A stretch of DNA of 64,000 nt from Lingula anatina. Its lineage: Eukaryota; Animalia; Brachiopoda. A model generated the notes under the pieces. The model had not been told where the DNA came from. It saw only the letters and a list, made by a program, of their open reading frames with translations, and searched no databases. Of the stretch, positions 56,401 to 64,000 are shown piece by piece (within the stretch, counting starts at the first letter, position 1; each line of letters opens with the position of its first letter). The position numbers were made by a program, and so were the translations under genes. The stretch lies in contig CM120641.1 in the NCBI GenBank assembly GCA_051362555.1, positions 29,208,401 through 29,272,400 on the forward strand. Reading direction: 5' to 3'.

Positions 56401-58122
56401 TTATCAGTTCTGTAAGTTTCAAGCCAAAAAGTAAAATGGTTTTCCACTTATCGTGTTATCGGTGCTGCATATATGCTGAAAAAAGAGAAAAAATAGCCTA
56501 AATTCACTAAAAATGACCCAATCATGCTGATTTTCGAACTCGACCTGCGTATTATGAATATTCATCAGTTCTGTAAGTTTCAAACAAAAAGAAAAAACAG
56601 TTTTCCACTTATCGTGTTATCGGTAAAAGTGCACGGCGACGACGACGACGGCAACGACGGCGACGACAGACGCAGATGACGGCTATATGTACAGACACAT
56701 CTGTGTCTGTACATAAAAACAGCATAACTTCCCTAAAAATGACCCGATCATGCTGATTTTCGAACTTGACCTGCGTATTATGAATATTCATCAGTTTTGT
56801 AAGTTTCAAGGGAAAAGGTAAAATGGTTTTCCACTTATCGTGTTATCGGTGCTGCATATATGCTGAAACAAGACAGCACTGTTCTGCAATAGGTTTACTT
56901 CCATTTTTAAAACACTTTTTTAACATAAAACAAAATAAACAGTTTTCTACCATTTGTATATGATCAACTAAGAAAATTGATGAGATGGGAAAAATATCAA
57001 TAGAACAGTGTTAAATGTCCAATTTCCTCCATTCTGAGATAATGAATATAGTAGATGATTGAATCTGACAAACTGCAATGATATTTGTTTATTTCCATTT
57101 TTGACACTTTATAACATAATACACAATAACAAGTTTACCATCATTTTTACATAATCAACTAACAATGTTATTAAGATGCAGGAAATGTCAATCAAACACT
57201 TTTACGTATCTTATTAGTTCAATAATGAGACTGTTAATATGCCTAACAATTGAATCTGAGGAAATGTGAAAAAACAGCATAACTTCTAAAAGAATGGCCC
57301 GATCATGCTGATTTTGGAACTCAACCTGCGTTTTAGTTAGTTTGTCTACTCCTGTGAGTATAATGACAATTGGCCTGTTTTTCTTATATTGTGTTATTAG
57401 CGTTGCATATATGTTGAAAGAAGTGAAAAAACAGCATAAATTCCCTATGAGTGACCCGATCATGCTGATTTTCAAACTTGACCTGCGTATTTTGAATATT
57501 CATCAGTTTTGTAAGTTTCAAGCCAAAAGGTAAAATGGTTTTCCATTTATGGTGTTATCGGTGCTGCATATATGCTGAAAAAAGAGAAAAAATAGCCTCA
57601 ATTCACTAAAAATGACCCAATCACGCTGATTTTCGAACTTGACCTGCGTATTATGAATATTCATCAGTTCTGTAAGTTTCAAGCCAAAAGGTAAAATGGT
57701 TTTCCACTTATCGTGTTATCGGTGCTGCATATATGCTGAAAAAAGTGAAAAAACAGCATAAATTCCCTATAAGTGACCCGATCATGCTGATTTTCGAACT
57801 TGACCTGCATATTATGAATATTCATCAGTTCTGTAAGTTTCAAGCCAAAAGGTAAAATGATTTTCCACTTATCGTGTTATCGGTGCTGCATATATGCTGA
57901 AAAAAGTGAAAAAACAGCATAAATTCCCTATGAGTGACCCGATCATGCTGATTTTCGAACTTGACCTGCGTATTACGAATATTCATCAGTTCTGTAAGTT
58001 TCAAGCCAAAAGAAAAAACAGTTTTCCACTTATCGTGTTATCGGTAAAAGTGCACGGCGACGACGGCGACGACAGACGCAGATGATGGCTATATGTACAG
58101 ACACATCTGTGTCTGTACATAA
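53482..58122 (+). mobile_element. Family A HINE-like element with a duplicated 3' part, inserted in the family B array
   Basis: Splits a host unit at ggaga|taaaaggg. 5' terminus ACAAGGCAGCAAAGC. Two terminal hairpins (56687-56714 and 58093-58120). 161-bp arrays at about 56.1-56.9 kb and 57.2-58.05 kb. Confidence 0.8.
54040..54274 (+). mobile_element. Family C small Helentron-like element nested in family A
   Basis: Subterminal IR CTCTGCCAAGG / CCTTGGCAGAG, with a GACAGACAAACAGGGGTGAAAA 3' block. Second copy at 60941-61172. Absent from the homologous site near 10505. Confidence 0.75.
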
Positions 58123-59437
58123 TAAAAGGGTACCAAAATTTGCAAAGTTCAATTCATGATGAAAAGTAGGTCAAAGGTCAATTTCAAGGTCACATTTAGA
58201 TTGCCAGTATATGACTTCCTATTCAAGTTCAATAGTAACTATGGACCTATCTCTGCCAGTTTTGGAGATAAAAGGGAACCAAAATTTGCAAAGTTCAATT
58301 CATGATAAAAAGTAGGTCAAAGGTCAATTTCAAGGTCACATTTAAATTGCCAGTATATGACTTCCTATTCAACTTCAATAGTAACTATGGACCTATCTCT
58401 GCCAGTTTTGGAGATATAAGGGACTAAACATTATAATTTTGGAGTTACAATAATGTGCCATAAATTTCCTACAGAAAAAATTAATTAAAATAAAGAAAAC
58501 GTCATTTTGGTTGAAATTCTTGAAATGGGAGGTGCTCAGAAGTTCCAGATGTTCAAATTTCATGAAATAATGTCATTTTTGACCAGAAGTTGTCTGCCTC
58601 CCCAAGCCTTATGTTTTATTTTCCCAGGGTTCAAAATTTATTATCCATTACCTACTGCACATTTTGCTTTCACCACCAATATGTACTTTTTGATACAGCG
58701 AAACTCGAAAACCGTATGGAATACAAAAAAACGGAGACCACCTCAAAAATGCAAAAAGGAATGGGTCTCTAGCATTAACGGTTCCCGAATTAGAGACAGT
58801 TTTCAGTTTCGGTAACTTATGGCCGCTACTCCTGTGAAAATGCACCGATTGACCCAAAATTCACGGAGATGAAAGACGACCCGAAGGGTAATACTTTCCT
58901 ATAATATTATTGGTTAAGTCTGAGTAGTGTTTGAATAACAGCGCAAATAATTTTTTTTTCGTAAAAAAAATTCGTTTTTTTTTTTAAATTTTGGCCCGTT
59001 TGACCTTGAAATAAAGGTCAAAGGTCAAATCCAAGGGCATATTTGAAATCTACATATATGACTTTTGGAAAGCAGTCTGTAGAAATTTTTCCCATAATTC
59101 CTTCAATTTTTCCCATAATTCCTGCCGTAGGGTAGATAATTAGCATTTAATTTTGGCATTTTTGGACAAGGGTGCATTGCAATGAGTGCCACACCTAGAC
59201 CCCAATACTGACAAAGTCCAAATTTTACGTGGAATGAGTTGAGATTATAGGTGACCTAAATCCAAGAGATGGGTACGGAGGCCCTTACCGTCTAGGAGGA
59301 GAAGCGGTAACGGTTAACATGGCGGCGGAGCCGGCGGAACGGACCAGACGGGACACTGGTGGTACAATTAATCTGATTAAATTATGGCATCAATGCTATC
59401 AGTGTACTCATAAGGTTATTTTTTTTCTTTCTTGTAG

Positions 59438-59464
59438 GAGTTATCAAAGATGGCAGGACACTAG
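59438..59464 (+). CDS. Candidate distal terminal exon of TELO2 (ELSKMAGH*)
   Basis: Strong acceptor (ttttttttctttcttgtag|G at 59437/59438), in phase with an internal donor CAG|GTACTA at 50631/50632 of the last TELO2 exon. AATAAA at 59701-59706. Confidence 0.5.
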   Translation, partial: ELSKMAGH

Positions 59465-60011
59465 AAGCAAAAATGGGAATTCAAGCAGGATCAAGTCCTA
59501 AATTTAAATGTTGCTCATTTTACAATTGGAGGAGACTTTTCATCAGTACTTTTCAGAAGCATTGTATTTCCTTTTTACTGGCAATACTTATGCCCTCTGA
59601 TTGTCATGAATGTGATCATGGATTCAAGAAACAAGTCTGCATCACTCATAACAGTGTTAGCATTTATTTGAGCAAAGCTCTGTGTCATTGAACAAAAGCT
59701 AATAAATGATAAAAGTGAGTAATTCAAGTAACACTAAAACTGTTTTTGTTTTTTTTTTTCCTCATTCAAACTTAATGTGACATTTGTTAACAACACACCA
59801 TTCAGTATGCCATCGTAATGTTCTAATAGATATTTGCAGGCAAACATTTCTTGAATGTCTGAATGTCTGTTGATCTGTAAATTCCTGAACTTGGTATTGT
59901 AGAACTCTGTCCAAATGATAATTCCAAAGGAACTGAAAGCAACCAAAAATAATATACGGACTTTGTCTTGAACGAAAAAACACCAAGTCTATTGGTAAAT
60001 GAAGTGAAATG

Positions 60012-60134
60012 TCATTTGTTATCTCCATCATAGAATTTTTGTAAAAAGTCTCTTTTGTCCTGCTTACGAAAGTACTGTTTTATATGGTAATGTTGGCTGT
60101 ATACATTATGGAGATCATCAAACTGTTGCTGGGC
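60012..60134 (-). CDS. NDUFA6: Last coding exon of an NDUFA6/LYRM6-like complex I subunit (upstream exons not found in the window)
   Basis: Acceptor ttttcatttcag|, then AQQQFDDLHNVYSQHYHIKQYFRKQDKRDFLQKFYDGDNK*. This aligns with the NDUFA6 C-terminus pattern G..ELEET..VWKQ.TH.M.FF...DFLSKFY.G. Too short for the ORF track. Minus-strand AATAAA at 59663-59668. Confidence 0.7.
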   Translation of the reverse strand, partial: AQQQFDDLHNVYSQHYHIKQYFRKQDKRDFLQKFYDGDNK

Positions 60135-60940
60135 CTGAAATGAAAACGAAAATCAATTTGCAATATTAACAACCTGATTTGTTGTTAAAGAATGAAATAT
60201 AAATGTATCTTATTTGAACAGATACCAACTGTTCCATTCTAACTGTTATTATGATCAGTCTTACAAAACACTAAAGCATCATGTTTAGTTATAAATATTT
60301 ATTTCAGAACAGTATTAAGATTGGGTTATTAATAAAAACAAGGCAGCTAAGCTGTCAAATGAACAAACAAAACATAAACAAGGCAGCAAAGCTGTCAAAT
60401 GTACAGACAAAAAAACAGAAAATAAAGATGCAAAATAGGTCATTTTGTCAATTTTGATACAATAATAAATAATACTTATAATAGCACTGTCAGTCAACAC
60501 TGAATTTTAATCATGCACAACAGGTAACATGGTCAATAACAGGAGCGGACCCAGAGATATTTTCTGACAGTATTCCAAAGTATCTATGTTGATCCATCCT
60601 CCATTTTGATGGTCTTCCAACAGAAAAAAAAATAGATATCGGTCAATATAAACTTAAAAACCTGACCGTCTTCTGGAAGACCCAGAAGATGGTCTCAATC
60701 CACTCCTTCAATAAGATTACAGTTTCAGGACCATGAGAGTTCAAATTCACAAGATGAAAGTCCCAATATTTGAAAAATGATGACAGTGCATAAAATAATA
60801 TTACATAATGTTTAAAGACATAAAAACCAATACAACTGCTTATGTGGAAATATAGAAAATGTGCAGAGCCTCAGGCCGATGGGAGTTAAAAGTCACAAAT
60901 GCCAGTGTTTGAGAAAAAATTAAAAAGGAAAACATAACAA

Positions 60941-61172
60941 AACTAGGAAAGCACTCCGAGAGCGCAGACCTCTGCCAAGGCAGCAATTTTTGATTATTAT
61001 TGATTATTATTGATTGATTATTGATCCGAACCACCACCAAAAACTAATCATTGTCTTCCTTGACCCACTTCTGACAGTTCCTGAAAATTTCATCAAAATC
61101 GGTCCATAACTTTTTGAGTTATGTTAATGACAGACAAACAGGGGTGAAAACATAACCTCTTTGGCAGAGGTA
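60941..61172 (+). mobile_element. Family C small Helentron-like element nested in family A
   Basis: AACTAGGAAAGCACTCCGAGAGCGCAGACCTCTGCCAAGG ... CATAACCTCTTTGGCAGAGGTA (3' hairpin). Confidence 0.75.
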
Positions 61173-61252
61173 AATATAATGCTAATGAAGCTGCTATTGA
61201 AACTTTTAATCTTTGAGTTTGATATATATATATATATATTTTTCACCATGCA

Positions 61253-61304
<52 letters not shown>

Positions 61305-61708
61305 TTATTTGCAATATTAAACAAAATTTACCTGCATAATTATCACTGCTTCCGTATTATTAATCTAGCAGAGAGCTTAACCTTTGGGAGTTTCCAGGGA
61401 AATATCAACAAGTGTGCTTTATGTAATCTCATTTAATGGCCTATTAATTAGGCAAATGACTTTATAACTCTGAACTTAGCCTAGTGATACCCAAGGGAAA
61501 TTTACAGACTGACCCTCTCAAAGGTCTTCAGGCCCATAAGTCACACCTTAAGAAAAGCACAAAACAATAATGCACAAAATAGGAGACTACCAATTCTGAT
61601 GCAATAATACATTATGTTTAACTGCAGAGTCAACATCAAATTTTAATTATGCACAACAGGTAACACCGACGAAAGTAAAAGCATTATAAGTAAAAGCTTT
61701 ATGCAATA

Positions 61709-63378
61709 AACAAGAATTCTCAAAATATGCAAAAGAGAAAAAAGAAAAAACAACATAAAAATGGTCCAATCAAGTGGATTTTCGTATTGGCCTGTGATTT
61801 TCTAAACAGGCCTATTGGTTTTCCTTGAAATGTGTTATCAGTGTTGCATATATACTGACAAAAGAGAAAACATAAGGGCAACACTGAGCATATCTTTGCT
61901 AGTTTGAAAAATGTGAGGGGCAAGAAAATATGCAAAGTTCAGTGCATGGTGAAAAAGTAGGTCAATTTCAAGGTCACGGTATATGATTTCCTATTCAAGT
62001 TCAATAGTAACTATGGGCATTTCCTTGCCAATTTTGGAGATACATAGGCCAGAAAATACCCAAAGTATATAGTTCATCATAAAAAGTAGGTCAAAGGTCA
62101 ATTTCAAGGTCACAGTTAGATTGCCAGTATAGGACTTCCTATTTAAGTTCAATAGTAACTATGGGCATCTCTCTGCCAGTTTTCGAGATATAAGGGAGAG
62201 AAATTTTGCAAATTTCAGTTCATGGTGAAAAGTAGGTCTAGGGTCAATTTCAAGGTCACAGATTGCCAGTATATGACTTCCCACCCAAGTTCAACACTAA
62301 CGACGGATGTATCTCTGCCAGTTTTAGAGATATAAGGGCTGTAAAATTTGCAAAGTTCAGTTCATGGTGAAAATTAGGTCAAGTCAATTTCAGGATCACA
62401 GTTAGATTGCCATTATATGACTTCCTATTCAAGGTCAATAGTAACTTTGCCAGTTTTGGAGATATAAAGATCAGAAAACTTGCAAAGTGCAGTTCATCAT
62501 GAAAAGTACGTCAAAGGTCAATTTCAAGGTCACAGTTAGATTACCAGTATATGACTTCCTATTCAAGTTCAATAGTAACTATGGGCTTATCTCTGCTAAT
62601 TTTGGAGTATTTCACATTTTATTTTCACCACTGAATTTCGAATGTTGAACTTTTTGATATAGTGCAATGCCTTAGCCGTATCGAAAACAAAAAAATGGAC
62701 ATCACTTCCAGTGTTGCCTTTAACAAGTTCTACAAAATGCAAAAAACAAGAGGTGTCTAGCATTAACTGTTCCAGAATTAGAGAGAGTTTTCAGTTTCAG
62801 CATTTTATGGCCGCTACTACCATGAAAATGCACCTATTGACCCCAAACTCACCAAAATGAAAGATGACCCTAAGGGTAACACCTGCCCATGATATTATAG
62901 GTAAGATCTGTTTAGTTTTTAAATTTTATTTTTCTCGCAATTTATTTTTCTAGCAAAAATTTCCCATTTTTAGAAAATTCTGGCCCATTTGACCTTGAAA
63001 AAAAGGTCAAAAGTCAAATCCAAGGGCATATTTGAAATCCTCACATATGACTTTTGGTCAGCCATCTGTAGTAATTTTTCCCATAATTCCATTGGTTTGG
63101 GAGATATTAAGCATTGAATTTTCAAAAATTTTGACAAGGGTGCGTTTCAACAAGCGTCACACCCAGGTCAATGCACCAACTGAGACAAAAAAACCTAGGG
63201 GTTCAAGTTGAGATTATATGTGACCTAAATCCCAGAGATGGGGACACAGATCCTTACAGTCTAGGAGGAGAAGCGGTAATGGTGACTTGTATCCCACGTC
63301 ATCCTGCGGAGCCGCAGAAGCCGGCGGAGCTGTATGAGACGGGTCGGGACTAAAACCATGAGTACCGCCAGCGTACTA
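61709..63378 (+). mobile_element. Family B element nested in family A
   Basis: Starts AACAAGAATTCTCAAAATATGC (same as 51897). About 5 units of the 145-bp repeat (61930-62610). Shares the 3' body of the other copy and ends in the hairpin AGTAC-CGCCAGC-GTACT. Confidence 0.72.
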
Positions 63379-64000
63379 ACTAACAATATTGTTAAGAAGC
63401 AGAAAATGTCAAAACAACACTTTTACATATCTAATTAGTTCCATAATGAGACTGTTAACATGCCTAAGAATTAAATCTGAAGAAAAACCACTTGTATGCA
63501 AAAAGGCTAATAACTTTATCAAAACTTAACTGATCAAGCTTATTTTCAAACTTGACCTGTAAACTAGTCAGACTGATCACTCCTGTGATTTCAAGACAAA
63601 AGGCTGATTGATTTTCCTTAAAATGCGTTATCAGTGTTGCATATATGCTGAATTATGGAAAAGAAAACAGCATAAATTTTGTAAAAATAGTCCAATCAAA
63701 CCAATTTTGGAACTTGACCTGCGTATTATGAATATTCATCAGTTCTGTAAGTTTCAAGCCAAAAGGTAAAATGGTTTTCCACTTATCATGTTATCGGTGT
63801 TGCATATATGTTGAAAAAAGTGAAAAAACAGCATAACTTCCCTAAAAATGACCCGATCATGCTGATTTTCGGACTTGACCTGCTTATTATAAATATTCAT
63901 CAATTCTGTAAGTTTCAAGCCAAAAGGTAAAACGGTTTTTCATTTATCGTGTTATCGGTGGTGAAAGTGCACGGCCACGATGACAGATGCAGGTGATGGC

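Larger units (their letters stand above)
51755..59368 (+). mobile_element. Family B HINE-like element with a 145-bp tandem array, interrupted by a family A insertion
   Basis: Subterminal inverted repeats ATTGTACCACCAG (51791-51803) and CTGGTGGTACAAT (59356-59368). Tandem array at 51970-53481 resumes at 58123-58425. The 3' body is homologous to 62.7-63.3 kb. Confidence 0.75.
60337..64000 (+). mobile_element. Family A HINE-like element, interrupted by family C and family B, running off the window end
   Basis: Stuttered 5' terminus (60337 and 60377); body to about 61690; resumes at about 63380 with 161-bp units and the GAC-rich 3' tract at 63960-64000. Probably lies in the last intron of the NDUFA6-like gene. 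Confidence 0.75.

Overview
AT-rich, intron-dense animal genomic DNA; the repeat types resemble those of molluscs/lophotrochozoans, but the species cannot be fixed from sequence alone. Three complete spliced genes were reconstructed by hand with continuous reading frames: RPTOR/Raptor (- strand, 31 coding exons, 1328 aa), DNAL4 (- strand, 3 exons, 104 aa) and TELO2 (+ strand, 18 coding exons, about 851 aa, with a probable alternative last exon at 59.4 kb). The last exon of a divergent NDUFA6-like gene lies on the - strand at 60.0-60.1 kb. DNAL4 and TELO2 are head-to-head on a very short shared promoter. The rest is mobile DNA: a truncated L2/CR1-type LINE, three families of non-autonomous Helentron-like (HINE) elements nested in one another (two carrying 161-bp or 145-bp tandem arrays), and several MITE families. 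Two standouts are a young 604-bp element with perfect 77-bp TIRs, a 9-bp TSD and a RecQ-helicase fragment (AcademH-like), and a 35-bp probable transposon excision footprint. Coordinates were counted by eye; repeat boundaries may be off by a few bases.
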